64,000 nucleotides of DNA. Origin: Candidatus Hydrogenedentota bacterium (lineage in GTDB: Bacteria > Hydrogenedentota > Hydrogenedentia > Hydrogenedentales > SLHB01). How positions within the stretch are numbered: the first letter of the stretch is position 1; every line of letters starts with the position of its first letter. Positions 10,454 through 20,891 of the stretch are shown piece by piece. The stretch covers positions 1 to 64,000 of the forward strand of contig BTWA01000020.1 of NCBI GenBank assembly GCA_045863295.1. Reading direction: 5' to 3'. The notes under the pieces were generated by a model. That model saw only the letters and a program-made list of their open reading frames with translations. It was not told where the DNA came from and ran no database searches. The position numbers and the translations under genes were made by a program.

Positions 10454-10646
10454 GGTATGTGCCTCTCCGTCAATGGTTTTCCCCTGGCGTGATTGCATGA
10501 AAGCTTACTCCCCCAAAAGCGCAGGTGCAAGGCGTAATCACCCCCGTACAAATGAACGCGCGCGTGTCAAAGGCATCACCGCCGCGCCAAACCGGCGCAC
10601 ATCCCAACCCAAAGGGGCGGCTTGGCCAAATTACTTACAGCTCGGT

Positions 10647-12353
10647 CTACTCCGGGTTGCGACGCAAAAGGAGCAAGTCGTGCTCTTCGCCATCCAGCCA
10701 AGATACATACGTCTCCTCACCAATCACCTCCATGCCGCCACGCGGCATGAACGCAATGGCATATTCATCGTCCAGAATCCACCAGCCCTTGTCGCCCTGG
10801 GCCTGAAAGCTGGTGGTGTTGTGCAGACGCATAAACTCGTCGCTTGTGTACATGCCGTTGAATTCGTAACCGCCGTCAATCTGGTCAACGGTCGCGCCAA
10901 ACTCGCGCTGCAGACGGTCGATGCCGCGCCATCGCGCCCGGTTCCACGCCATGTAGTCTTGAAGGCAGGCCAGTGAAAAGGCGTATACGGCCAAACAGCA
11001 GGCCGCCGCGGGCAACAGGGCGGCATAGCCGGCCCGCCTCGCGAAACCGGCCGCCACAAATATCGCCGCCAACGGAACCAGCGGCAACAAATAGCGGTCA
11101 AAATAGATCGGAAGCAGCGGATTGTAGTGCGCGGCGGCAATGAGAAATGCAAGCACCGCAAGATACATTCGCTGCGCGCCGCGTACTTCCAGGACCGGCC
11201 TCCGGTGCCCGGACTTGCCACGCAGCCACTGCCCAAGCCAGCCGCGACGGGCAAAATCCACCAACAGGATCGCCCCGCAAGCATACCCCGCGATTGTCAC
11301 TCCCCAGCGCCACGACAGCCCGTAAGTCACGGGCGACCACTCGGATATGTTTGCATAGGCCCCGCGAAGGGTGAGCGGGCCAAAACCCACGTCGCGCACC
11401 ATGTTCGCCAATAGCGGAAACGAATTTGAGGCAACGCCGGACACGTACACCCAGGTCAAAATGACATACGTGGCAATCACCAGCCATTGCCAGACAGCCA
11501 GTTTCTCCCGCCTCGTTGAAACCGATATCCAACGCCCCACAACGAGAGGCAGCACGAATAACCCGGCATACAACAACACGATGAGCACCATGCGCCAGGC
11601 CATGTGAAACTTGATGTACATCGAGGTTTGGCCGAACACATTCATGTGCTCGTATTCGCTGTTTTGGAGCAGCATGGCGCCCACGCCAAGTATGGCGCCC
11701 CACATCCAGGGCGCCGCGAATGAAAGCGCATGCTGCATCGTCCAGGGGGTCTTGAATCGTTTGCGGTAGACCAAAGCGACCAGAACCATGGTCACGAACG
11801 TCATAACGCCAAATTGCCGGGTCAACGTCGAAAGGGCGCCAAACGCTCCGCCCCACATCAAGTCACTCGTGTGTCCGGTACGGATTGCCCGAAGATAAAA
11901 AAACGTCGAAAGCACAATCGTGCACACAAAAGGAACGTCGGTCATGAATGTATAGGAAAGGTTCAGAAACCAGGGGTTTGCCAATACCGTGCAGGTGGCC
12001 AGGGCCGCGACACTCCGCCGGCAACCCAGTTCGCGCGTGGAAGCGAAGACCGCCCAACCCGTGACAACCGCGGAAAACAGGGTCGACAGGCGCAGTGCAG
12101 AGAAACTGTAACCAAACAACAAGGCGAATGCCGCGCCGAAGTAGGCATGGGCGATCGAAATCGCCGCCGCAAACGGATGCCCGGGATATTGGCCATCCAG
12201 CGCATATTCAACTTGTTTCGCATACACCCAGTCATCGTTCAGCGGGAATTCCGCGACCGGACTGACCAGGCTTACTGTGACGACAAGCCAAAGTACGGGA
12301 ATTCCCCAGGCGAAAAACGCGTCGTTCACATAGCGGCGCAGAATAGGTGGCAT
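10647..12353 (-). CDS. Multi-TM GT-C fold glycosyltransferase (ArnT/PMT-like)
   Basis: First loop EFPLNDDWVY (DD motif), TFMTDVPF, FDRYLLP, about 12 hydrophobic segments. Confidence 0.8.
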   Translation of the reverse strand: MPPILRRYVNDAFFAWGIPVLWLVVTVSLVSPVAEFPLNDDWVYAKQVEYALDGQYPGHPFAAAISIAHAYFGAAFALLFGYSFSALRLSTLFSAVVTGWAVFASTRELGCRRSVAALATCTVLANPWFLNLSYTFMTDVPFVCTIVLSTFFYLRAIRTGHTSDLMWGGAFGALSTLTRQFGVMTFVTMVLVALVYRKRFKTPWTMQHALSFAAPWMWGAILGVGAMLLQNSEYEHMNVFGQTSMYIKFHMAWRMVLIVLLYAGLFVLPLVVGRWISVSTRREKLAVWQWLVIATYVILTWVYVSGVASNSFPLLANMVRDVGFGPLTLRGAYANISEWSPVTYGLSWRWGVTIAGYACGAILLVDFARRGWLGQWLRGKSGHRRPVLEVRGAQRMYLAVLAFLIAAAHYNPLLPIYFDRYLLPLVPLAAIFVAAGFARRAGYAALLPAAACCLAVYAFSLACLQDYMAWNRARWRGIDRLQREFGATVDQIDGGYEFNGMYTSDEFMRLHNTTSFQAQGDKGWWILDDEYAIAFMPRGGMEVIGEETYVSWLDGEEHDLLLLRRNPE

Positions 12354-12429
12354 TCAAACAACTTTCATGAATCGGGCCCCGGACAAACGGATAATCCGCC
12401 ATTATGCCGCGGGGCGTGCCGCCAGACAA

Positions 12430-12458
12430 TTTAACCGATGGACAAGGACCGTTATAAT
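12430..12458 (+). promoter_or_regulatory. Candidate sigma70 promoter of the opp operon
   Basis: TTTAAC-17 nt-TATAAT, 45 nt upstream of the oppA GTG. Confidence 0.45.
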
Positions 12459-12503
12459 GGCCCTTCGCGCGTCGCGATGGAAACCTTTCGGGAGTAGCAT
12501 AAC

Positions 12504-14129
12504 GTGAAAAGATTCCTGGCCGTCTGCTGCAGCTTGGGCATGCTTCTGGCTCTGCCGGGGTGTGGCTCGGGAAAAAACACCGATGTGCAGAATGTGCTGC
12601 GGGTCGGTTCGGACGGCGAACCCGCCTCCCTGGATCCCTATCTGGTCACCGGACATACCGAGCATCGTATCTTAACTTCGCTCTTCGAAGGTCTCACCAC
12701 GGCAAACCAGAAAACGTTGGAGGTTGAGCCCGGTGTGGCCGAATCATGGGAAGTCACTCCCGACGGCCTCACATACACGTTTAAACTCAACCCCAACGCC
12801 AAATGGTCCAACGGCGAACCCGTAACGGCACACGATTTCGTCTATGGCTGGAAGAGGCACCTCACCGCCAAACTGGCCAGCGAATACGCGTATATGCTCT
12901 GGTGCCTCAAGAACGGCGAAAAATACAACAAAGGCGAGGTGGCGGATTTCAACGAAGTTGGCGCGAAAGCTGTCGACGACACCACGCTCGTGGTGAATCT
13001 GGAATACCCGGCACCCTACTTTCTTTCGATGCAGATTCACTACTCCTGGTTCCCCGTGCATCAAGCCACGGTTGAAAAGTTCGGCCCCATGGACGACCGG
13101 ACTAATCGATGGATCTTGCCCGGTAACATGGTATCGAATGGACCGTTCAAGTTGATCTCGTGGGAACCCAATCAGTCCATCCGGGTGGAAAAAAATGAGC
13201 ACTATTGGGACGCGGCCCGGATCAAGCTGGAAGCGGTCGAATTCTACCCAAGCGACGACTTGTCTGTTCAGGAGCGCCGCTTCCGATCAAAAGAAGTCGA
13301 TGTCATCGAAACCCTTCTGGCCACAAAAGTGGATACGTATCGCAAAGAAAACCCAGACGTGCTGTTTATAGAGCCGTTCGTCGGCACCTATTTCTACCGG
13401 TTCAACACGACCCGGCCGCCGTTTAACGACGTACGCGTGCGCCGCGCATTGGCTATGGCCATTGATCGTGAATCCATCTGCCGCGACGTTTTGTACAATG
13501 TCGTCGTGCCGGCCGCCGCTTTCACGCCCCCGGGTTTGGCCGGGTATACGGCGGAAGCGTCCATTCCATATAACTTGGAAGAAGCCAGGAACCTGCTCAC
13601 GGAAGCTGGCTTTCCGAATGGCCAGGGCTTCCCCGCGGTCGAAATCCTGTACAACATTAGCGAAGATCACCAGCGAATCGCCGAAGCCATTCAGGACATG
13701 TGGAAGAAAAACCTGGGCATCAATGTGGGTCCGGCCAATAAGGAATGGAAAGTCTATCTGTCGTCGTTGACCACATTGAATTACGATATTGCCCGCTCGG
13801 CCTGGATCGCGGACTTCATGGACCCCATCAATTATCATGAATGCTTTATCACCGACGGCGGCAATAACCGTACCGGATGGTCCAATGCGGAGTTCGACCG
13901 GCTCGTGAGCGAAGCGCGATTTGAACTCGACCAAACCAAGCGGTACGCTGCGCTGCAACAGGCTGAAAAAATCATGATGGAAGAAGCTCCAATTGCACCA
14001 ATCTATTCCTACCGGCAGCGCTTTCTGAAATCGCCCGACGTCAAAGGACTGGATGCGAATGTGCAGGGATACTTGAATTACCGCTACATCTATGTGGAGC
14101 GGACAGCGCCCGAATCGACAGGCAACTAG
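12504..14129 (+). CDS. oppA: Oligopeptide ABC transporter substrate-binding lipoprotein
   Basis: Lipobox ALPGC; EPASLDP, LFEGL, PGVAESW, KWSNGEPVTAHDF, DVRVRRAL, WIADFMDP. Confidence 0.93.
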   Translation: MKRFLAVCCSLGMLLALPGCGSGKNTDVQNVLRVGSDGEPASLDPYLVTGHTEHRILTSLFEGLTTANQKTLEVEPGVAESWEVTPDGLTYTFKLNPNAKWSNGEPVTAHDFVYGWKRHLTAKLASEYAYMLWCLKNGEKYNKGEVADFNEVGAKAVDDTTLVVNLEYPAPYFLSMQIHYSWFPVHQATVEKFGPMDDRTNRWILPGNMVSNGPFKLISWEPNQSIRVEKNEHYWDAARIKLEAVEFYPSDDLSVQERRFRSKEVDVIETLLATKVDTYRKENPDVLFIEPFVGTYFYRFNTTRPPFNDVRVRRALAMAIDRESICRDVLYNVVVPAAAFTPPGLAGYTAEASIPYNLEEARNLLTEAGFPNGQGFPAVEILYNISEDHQRIAEAIQDMWKKNLGINVGPANKEWKVYLSSLTTLNYDIARSAWIADFMDPINYHECFITDGGNNRTGWSNAEFDRLVSEARFELDQTKRYAALQQAEKIMMEEAPIAPIYSYRQRFLKSPDVKGLDANVQGYLNYRYIYVERTAPESTGN

Positions 14130-14135
14130 CGCCGC

Positions 14136-15059
14136 ATGTTCCGGTTCATACTTCGGCGGCTTCTCGAAATCATTCCCGTCTTTTTTGTCATCGTGACAAT
14201 TGTTTTCTTTCTCGTCCGCCTCGCTCCCGGAGGTCCGTTTGAACAGGGCGAACGCTATGTCCCGCCGGAGGTCCTGGAGCAAATACGCGCCGCGTACAAT
14301 CTGGACGCGCCGCTTTACATCCAATATGCTGACTATCTCAAAGGCCTGCTCCGGTTGGATCTCGGACCATCCATGCAGCAGCCCACCCGATCCGTGACCG
14401 AGTGGATCGTGTTGCGTGTACCCGCATCACTGGAATTGGGCGCGTACGCCTTGTTGGTCGCATTGTTGGTCGGGCTATGCGCTGGCGTCGTCGCGGCATT
14501 GCGCCCAAACAGCGTGACCGATTACGGACCCATGTCGCTCGCCATGATCGGCATTTGCATCCCTACCTTCGTGTTGGGTCCGGTGCTGGTGCTGATCTTC
14601 TCGCTCTGGCTCGACTGGCTTCCTGTCGCCGGATGGAACAACCCCCAGGACAAGATTCTGCCTTCCATCACCTTGGGCGCCGCCTATGCCGCGTATGTAG
14701 CGCGGCTCGCACGGGGCGGCATGTTTGAAGTCCTCGCGCAAGATTTCATTCGCACGGCGCGCGCCAAGGGCCTGAGCGAAGCCCGTATCGTCCTTAAACA
14801 TGCGTTGCGAGGCGGCATTCAGCCCGTGGTTTCGTTTATCGGCCCCGCGGCCGCCGGCCTGATGACCGGTTCGTTTGTGGTCGAAAAAATATTCCAGGTG
14901 CCAGGTCTCGGCAAACAGTTTGTAGAAGCCGCCTTTAACCGCGACTACACCATGCTCATGGGCGCAATACTCTTTTACGCGGTTTTAATCCTGCTCTTTA
15001 ACCTGATCGTCGATATCTGTCAAGCCTTGCTGGATCCGCGGGTGCGGCACGATGCTTGA
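14136..15059 (+). CDS. oppB: Oligopeptide ABC transporter permease
   Basis: MFRFILRRL, APGGPF, DFIRTARAKGL (EAA loop), NRDYT, LDPRV. Confidence 0.93.
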   Translation: MFRFILRRLLEIIPVFFVIVTIVFFLVRLAPGGPFEQGERYVPPEVLEQIRAAYNLDAPLYIQYADYLKGLLRLDLGPSMQQPTRSVTEWIVLRVPASLELGAYALLVALLVGLCAGVVAALRPNSVTDYGPMSLAMIGICIPTFVLGPVLVLIFSLWLDWLPVAGWNNPQDKILPSITLGAAYAAYVARLARGGMFEVLAQDFIRTARAKGLSEARIVLKHALRGGIQPVVSFIGPAAAGLMTGSFVVEKIFQVPGLGKQFVEAAFNRDYTMLMGAILFYAVLILLFNLIVDICQALLDPRVRHDA

Positions 15060-15945
15060 CGCCGCCCGCACAGTTCCCACCGCGGAACCAATCGAAAAAG
15101 GCACCTCGCTCTGGAAGGACGCATGGCGCAGGCTGCGCCGCAACCGGCTGGCCGTGTTTGGTCTCGTGGTGCTCGTGTTCATGATCGCGGCCGTGCTCCT
15201 GGGGCCGTTCGTGTCGCCCTACTCATACGAAACGCAAGACCGCTCGCTGGGAGCCACGAGTTCCTCCGCGGCCCACTGGTTCGGCACGGATACGCTGGGC
15301 CGCGATGTGTTGACGCGCATTCTCTATGGCGGGCGAATTTCGTTAATGGTGGGGTTCGCCGCCACTGCTGTCTCGCTTACGATTGGCGTGCTGTACGGTG
15401 CCATAGCCGGGTTTCTGGGAGGCCGTGTGGATCGCGCCATGATGCGCGTGGTCGACATACTCTACACCCTGCCGTTCACCATCATTGTCATTATTCTCAC
15501 CGTGTACCTGGGCAAGAGCATCGTGCTCTTGTTCATGGCCATTGGTGCGGTGGAATGGCTAACCATGGCCCGAATCGTGCGCGGTCAGGTCATGTCGCTA
15601 CGGCAGAAGGAATTCATTGAAGCCGCATATGTCATGGGCCTGAGCAGGCGTAGGATCATCCTGCGGCACCTCATTCCAAACACGCTGGGACCGATCATCG
15701 TCTATACGACATTGACCATACCGCAGGTCATGTTATTGGAGGCGTTTGTCAGCTTTCTCGGGTTGGGTGTTCAAGCCCCGATGAGTTCCTGGGGCGTCAT
15801 GATTCAGGACGGCGCGAACGTGATGGAGGAATACCCGTGGTTGCTGCTGTTTCCCAGCCTCGCGCTGTCGCTCACGCTCTTCTCCCTCAATTTTCTGGGA
15901 GACGGTCTGCGCGACGCGCTCGATCCGAGGATGGCAAAGGACTAA
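15052..15945 (+). CDS. oppC: Oligopeptide ABC transporter permease
   Basis: SLWKDAWRRL, HWFGTDTLGRD, EFIEAA, SFLGLG, GDGLRDALDP. Confidence 0.93.
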   Translation: MLDAARTVPTAEPIEKGTSLWKDAWRRLRRNRLAVFGLVVLVFMIAAVLLGPFVSPYSYETQDRSLGATSSSAAHWFGTDTLGRDVLTRILYGGRISLMVGFAATAVSLTIGVLYGAIAGFLGGRVDRAMMRVVDILYTLPFTIIVIILTVYLGKSIVLLFMAIGAVEWLTMARIVRGQVMSLRQKEFIEAAYVMGLSRRRIILRHLIPNTLGPIIVYTTLTIPQVMLLEAFVSFLGLGVQAPMSSWGVMIQDGANVMEEYPWLLLFPSLALSLTLFSLNFLGDGLRDALDPRMAKD

Positions 15946-15951
15946 TCCCGC

Positions 15952-16995
15952 CTACTCTGACAACACCTTCGCGTTGCGCACATGGCCGACGGCGTCGTCA
16001 TAGGAGATAACGCCCTTCATGTAGAGCTCTTTGATGCTCCGGTCCATCGTGATCATGCCGCTCTTCGTGTTCGTTTCCATGATGCTGTAAACCTGGTGTG
16101 TCTTCCCCTCGCGAATAAGATTGGCCACGGCCGTGTTGTTGATGAGCAACTCACAGGCCATCACGCGGCCTTCCTGGTCAACTCTCGGCAAAAGCCGTTG
16201 CGATACCACCGCCAACAGCGTCATCGACAACATAAACCTGATCTGTTGCTGCTGCTCGCCGGGAAATACGTCTATCACGCGGTCCACTGTCTGAATCGCA
16301 TCGTTCGTGTGCAACGTCGCCATCACCAAGTGGCCTGTTTCCGCCGCCCGCAACGCCGCCTGAATGGTTTCCAAGTCCCGCATTTCGCCCACCAGAATCA
16401 CGTCGGGATCCTGGCGCAACACATATTTCAACGCGGTATGAAAGTCGTTGGTATCGCCGCCCACTTCACGCTGATCCACAATGCTCTTCTTGTGATGATG
16501 CACAAATTCGATGGGATCTTCCGCCGTAATGATGTGGCATTCGCGGGTATCATTGATTCGGTCGATTAACGCGGCCTGGGTCGTCGTCTTGCCGTGCCCT
16601 GTAGGACCCGTTACAAGAATCAGCCCCTGCTTAGCCTGTGTAAATTTGGCGATTGCCGCAGGCAATCCAAGGTTTTCCAGTTGCGGAATGTCCTCGGGAA
16701 TGGGACGGAACGCAGCGGTTACCGCGCCCTTCTGATAGTACACATTCACGCGAAAGCGGTGCTTCCGGCCCACCGCCAGCGACAGGTCAAGCTCCTTGAC
16801 CTCCTCAAACCGCTTGCGCTGTTCCGGTGAAAGGACCGTATAAATCATCTTCTTGGTCTCTTCCGGCGTCAGATTGTCGTTGCGCGTCCGCAACATCCGG
16901 CCATTGACCCGAAGCATCGGCGGCGCCCCCGCGCTGATTAGCAGGTCGGACGCCTTTTCCTTCGTTACCATGTCGAACAGCGTTTTCAATTCCAT
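15952..16995 (-). CDS. pilT: Type IV pilus retraction ATPase (PilT/PilU family)
   Basis: ASDL, RFRVNVY, GPTGHGKTTT, EDPIEF, LRQDPDVILVGEMRD, AETGHLV, TLHT, AVANLIRE. Confidence 0.9.
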   Translation of the reverse strand: MELKTLFDMVTKEKASDLLISAGAPPMLRVNGRMLRTRNDNLTPEETKKMIYTVLSPEQRKRFEEVKELDLSLAVGRKHRFRVNVYYQKGAVTAAFRPIPEDIPQLENLGLPAAIAKFTQAKQGLILVTGPTGHGKTTTQAALIDRINDTRECHIITAEDPIEFVHHHKKSIVDQREVGGDTNDFHTALKYVLRQDPDVILVGEMRDLETIQAALRAAETGHLVMATLHTNDAIQTVDRVIDVFPGEQQQQIRFMLSMTLLAVVSQRLLPRVDQEGRVMACELLINNTAVANLIREGKTHQVYSIMETNTKSGMITMDRSIKELYMKGVISYDDAVGHVRNAKVLSE

Positions 16996-17086
16996 GGAAG
17001 ACAATCCCTCGACGTGCTGTGTGTGCTGAATGACCCCATTGAGAGCGGCCCATCATACCCGCCCCCGGAAACGCGATGCAATCGAG

Positions 17087-17959
17087 TCAACGAATGATAA
17101 CCACTTCCTCTTCCAGCGCAACACCATGCACTTCCAGCACGGTCTTCTTGGCGTGCGCCATCAACCACAAAATGTCAGCGCTGGAAGCGTTGTTGTCGTT
17201 CATGATGAAGTTGGCGTGCTTTTCGCTGATCACCGCCCCTCCGTACCGGGTGCCCTTGAGTCCGCAGGCCTCGATCAGCCGTCCCGAGTGATGCCCGGGA
17301 GGATTCTTGAACACGCTGCCGCAACAATTGCCTTTGGGCTGGGTGTCTTTGCGCCGCTGAATGTAGTGATCGTAAATGGCCTGCTGATCCGCCTCGGCCC
17401 GCGAAAACTTGAAGACGCCACCCAGAATCAAATGGCCCTTGGGACAAAAGGTCTGCCCACGGTAACCATACAGTGACCCGTCCATCGGCCGGATCTGCGG
17501 CCCCGCCGGGCCAACGACCTCCACCGACTCCATCAGCATGCAAGTCGAACCGTTCACCGTGCCCGCGTTCATGTAGATCGCGCCGCCAACCGACCCCGGA
17601 ATACCCGTAAGGCCGCCCACTAAGTCGTAGTTGTTGGGAATCATCACCTCACGAACAAGCGTGTCGAGCACCGCGCCGCATTCCACGTCGTAGCGATCGC
17701 CGCCCAGCGGCCGGATACCCGTTAGACCGGTTGTAATAAGTACGTTCCCGTCAAACCCTTCGTCACAAATCAGCACGTTGGATCCGCCGCCCAACACAAG
17801 GTGGCGATCTGGCTGAGCGACCATCCATGCAAACGCGTCCCGGGCCTCTTGCAACGTACGAGGCAGCAGTGCAAGCTTGGCCGCGCCCCCCACTTTGTAC
17901 AGCGTGAGGGGAGCCAGCGGATAGTCTTCGATTGCGAAATCAAACGGAAGGGTTTGCAT
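17087..17959 (-). CDS. murB: UDP-N-acetylenolpyruvoylglucosamine reductase
   Basis: KVGGAA, LGGGSNVL, GIPGSVGGAIYMNAG, GSVFKNP, SEKHANFIMN, LEEEV. Confidence 0.93.
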   Translation of the reverse strand: MQTLPFDFAIEDYPLAPLTLYKVGGAAKLALLPRTLQEARDAFAWMVAQPDRHLVLGGGSNVLICDEGFDGNVLITTGLTGIRPLGGDRYDVECGAVLDTLVREVMIPNNYDLVGGLTGIPGSVGGAIYMNAGTVNGSTCMLMESVEVVGPAGPQIRPMDGSLYGYRGQTFCPKGHLILGGVFKFSRAEADQQAIYDHYIQRRKDTQPKGNCCGSVFKNPPGHHSGRLIEACGLKGTRYGGAVISEKHANFIMNDNNASSADILWLMAHAKKTVLEVHGVALEEEVVIIR

Positions 17960-18011
17960 GCGCCATACGATACCTGAAACCGGCTACCGGTTCCCAACCG
18001 GACCAACCGGT

Positions 18012-20390
18012 TCAGGGCATGGGCAAATACGTGGCTCTTCCGGTCTTCGCATCGGCGGTTAGCATTTCGGGATCCGATACGGCCTGAATCGGCACGTACT
18101 GCTGAGCCGCCCAGACCGGCATCAAATCGCTGTAGTGCGCGCTTCCCGGATCTTCGCTTTGGCCGCCTGGATACACACCCACGCTTTGGGCCGGCTCACC
18201 GAAATCCACAATCAGCCGGTATGAAGCGCCGCCGCTCACCGCGCCACCGCCGCTGCCCGGATTCACAGTAAAGCGCGTGCCCGGAACGGGACCCGCCTCG
18301 CGTTCCAGACCCGGAATGGGCAAGAGCCCGCCGATCTTGAGTACGTTGATATTCCTCCATGCCCATTCAGTCAAATCGTTCCCAAAATCCTTCGTCAAGG
18401 ATTCAACGGCTGCTCCAAAGGACTTCGCAATGATCTCGTCGCGCATCTCGCGCGCGGGAGTCGTTCGATCATCAAACCAAACCGATTCCGGCATCTCCAA
18501 CGTCATGTATTCCAATACTTCCAACATGGGTTCGCGTCGGTTGTTCCCGGAAAACCCCCACGATCCGCCCGGCTGCTCTATGCCGCGCGAAGTCCATTCG
18601 TCGTCCCACACCGCGCTCCTGTACGCATCGAACCAACGCATCCAGATTATGGGGCCGATTGCATCGGCATCGGCCACGTGGTCCCATTGACTGACTGCCG
18701 CAAGCACTCGCACGGCAAAGGCATCTTCCGGAACGCGTGCCTGCATCACCCGCAGAAACAAAGGCAGATTCACGTCCGCCGACTTGTCTCGTGCATCCGT
18801 CTGGATCGCCTTCATCGTCTCAACCGTTAACCCGCTCGCGGCTTCCAACAACTCGTAGATCCGCCGTTCCCTGTGATTGCTGTCCCACATCCAGCCGAGA
18901 TAATGCGGGAATCCTATTGGAGCAGGCCGCGCATTCGCCGAGGCTACAAAACCGCTCTCCGGATTCACCGCCAACGGAAGTTCGTCGCGGGGAATGAATG
19001 CCTTCCAGTCATGAGCGCCTGTGGATCCGTCCATGGGAATCCGCCCCTCGCCCGGTAACCGCACGGGCAGCTTGCCGCAGGGATGAAGCGCAATGGTGCC
19101 GTCCGCATCGGCATACACCAAATTCAGCGCAGGCACGTCCATCATGTCGCAGCCCGCGAGCCACTCCTTTAGATTGGTCGCCCGATTCATCGTGTACAGA
19201 GCGCCTGCGTCGTTCGTCACACCCAACCCCGTCCACGCAAGTGAAATCACGCGGCCTTCGCGGCTGATTACGGGACCATGCACCGTATAGTCCAGGTCGA
19301 CCTGCTTCGGCTCCTGGCCTTTGACCGGTATCGATTCGGTGACCCTGACCATGGTCTTCCATTCACCCATGTGCTGATACTTCAATGGGTCAGCAGGATC
19401 GACCGTCTCCACGTAGTAGTCGACGGCATCGGCCTGCATGTTGGTAATGCCCCATCCCAGCCGATCGTTGTGGCCAATGATGACAAACGGCGAGGTCGGA
19501 AACAGACACCCCGCGACGTTGAAACCGTCTACGCTGATGTGCGCCGAATACCACAGCGAAGGTAGCTTGAATCCAAGATGCGGATCGCTGCACAGCATCG
19601 GCTTGCCAGAGGCGGTCTTACTCCCTGCAACGGCCCAGTTGTTGCTCCCAAAAGCAATGCCCTTTTCGGTCAACGCCGGCGCCATGGCCTCCATTGCTGC
19701 CGCATAGGCGTCGCTCGCGCCGGGAACAGCCTCCAGCGCGGCCGTACGCACAGCCGAACCGTCCGCTTGCTCCAACACCGCCGGTATTTCGTAGGGCCGC
19801 TCCAGCGGCCACAGGCTCGCCACGGCCTCCGCCCCCAACTTCTCCACCATCATGCCAAACCAAAGGTCCGAATCGGTGCCACCCTGGTCCCAGCCCATGT
19901 ACTTGGAAAACGTCAGGCTGTCCACCGGAGTCCACGGAGCGGGCACGAATCCGGCTTCTTTAAAGAACGGAGGCAGTCCGTCGGCACCCATTTCCGACAC
20001 CCGCTGATTCACGCCCTCCGAATAGGCAATGAGTTCGTCTTTCATCGACTGCGGCACCACGTCGGAATTCCATGCGGCTTCGCACGAACGCCGAATCCCC
20101 AATTGCCGCATCGCGATGTCGTCTTTGAGTTGGCTCTCGCCCAGGATCTCGGCCATCTGTCCCGATGCCTGCCGCCGGAACATCTCCATTTGCGTCAGCC
20201 GCTCGGAGGCATGCAAATACCCCAGCACCCGCGCCGCGTCCGTCCAACTCGCGGCGTACACATGCGGTATGTCGTACTGATCGCGGTATACCTCTACCGG
20301 AGCAGAAAGGCCGGCGATTCGAACTTCGTCGCCGTGCGCACAGAGCATCGAAACGATGAGTAACCCCGCAAGAATGGCAAATAAACGCAT
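18012..20390 (-). CDS. Penicillin acylase family Ntn hydrolase
   Basis: RDQYDIPHVYA, G/SNNWAV autoprocessing site, SDPHL, TVHGPVI, ASANA, PGGQSEDP...HYSD; signal peptide. Confidence 0.9.
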   Translation of the reverse strand: MRLFAILAGLLIVSMLCAHGDEVRIAGLSAPVEVYRDQYDIPHVYAASWTDAARVLGYLHASERLTQMEMFRRQASGQMAEILGESQLKDDIAMRQLGIRRSCEAAWNSDVVPQSMKDELIAYSEGVNQRVSEMGADGLPPFFKEAGFVPAPWTPVDSLTFSKYMGWDQGGTDSDLWFGMMVEKLGAEAVASLWPLERPYEIPAVLEQADGSAVRTAALEAVPGASDAYAAAMEAMAPALTEKGIAFGSNNWAVAGSKTASGKPMLCSDPHLGFKLPSLWYSAHISVDGFNVAGCLFPTSPFVIIGHNDRLGWGITNMQADAVDYYVETVDPADPLKYQHMGEWKTMVRVTESIPVKGQEPKQVDLDYTVHGPVISREGRVISLAWTGLGVTNDAGALYTMNRATNLKEWLAGCDMMDVPALNLVYADADGTIALHPCGKLPVRLPGEGRIPMDGSTGAHDWKAFIPRDELPLAVNPESGFVASANARPAPIGFPHYLGWMWDSNHRERRIYELLEAASGLTVETMKAIQTDARDKSADVNLPLFLRVMQARVPEDAFAVRVLAAVSQWDHVADADAIGPIIWMRWFDAYRSAVWDDEWTSRGIEQPGGSWGFSGNNRREPMLEVLEYMTLEMPESVWFDDRTTPAREMRDEIIAKSFGAAVESLTKDFGNDLTEWAWRNINVLKIGGLLPIPGLEREAGPVPGTRFTVNPGSGGGAVSGGASYRLIVDFGEPAQSVGVYPGGQSEDPGSAHYSDLMPVWAAQQYVPIQAVSDPEMLTADAKTGRATYLPMP

Positions 20391-20438
20391 ACAGCTCTCC
20401 CTCAAATCGATTGAAAACGGCCCCGCTGAAGGCCAAGT

Positions 20439-20891
20439 TCAAGTTTGAAAAATCCTCTCCAACTCTTCCAGGTCGTACTTGTCTTGTGGTCGGTTAGTCG
20501 AACGTTTGTTCTTGACAAGTTCCGTTTTGCCAATAAACCGGGCGGAAACATCTCCGTAATGCCCGCGAACGATATTGGGCCGTGCCTCCATAAAAGTCAC
20601 GCCATCAATCTCGTTGAGCAAGTCGACGCGGAGCGGTGGGACGCCAAACGTCAAAAGGTTCTTCGTGAAAAATGCTTCTTCCGGCAGATCTTTGGACTCG
20701 AATCCAAACGCGATCAACGCCTTTCTCAGAAGGGCCACATTTTCCGGTGTGCGATCAAAGAATAGGTCAATATCCTTTGTGAGCCTCGGGTAACCGTGAA
20801 ACGCCACCGCATATCCGCCCACAATCATATAGTCGACGTTATTCTCTTCGAGTAATCGTAACAACTCTCTGAAGTCGGGATGGGTATTCAT
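20439..20891 (-). CDS. Stand-alone nucleotidyltransferase (Pol-beta superfamily)
   Basis: MNTHPDFRELL...IVGGYAVAFHGYPRLTKDIDL (GG/DxD), RVDLL, KNKRSTNRPQDKYDL. Confidence 0.85.
   Translation of the reverse strand: MNTHPDFRELLRLLEENNVDYMIVGGYAVAFHGYPRLTKDIDLFFDRTPENVALLRKALIAFGFESKDLPEEAFFTKNLLTFGVPPLRVDLLNEIDGVTFMEARPNIVRGHYGDVSARFIGKTELVKNKRSTNRPQDKYDLEELERIFQT

Noticed and set aside
13287..14324. Long antisense ORFs (also 21714-22601, 25283-26113, 26662-27600, 28794-29810, 41972-43000, 56803-58047, 59899-61053, 62624-63715)
   Set aside because: Shadow frames opposite well-supported genes in GC-rich DNA; no recognisable motifs.
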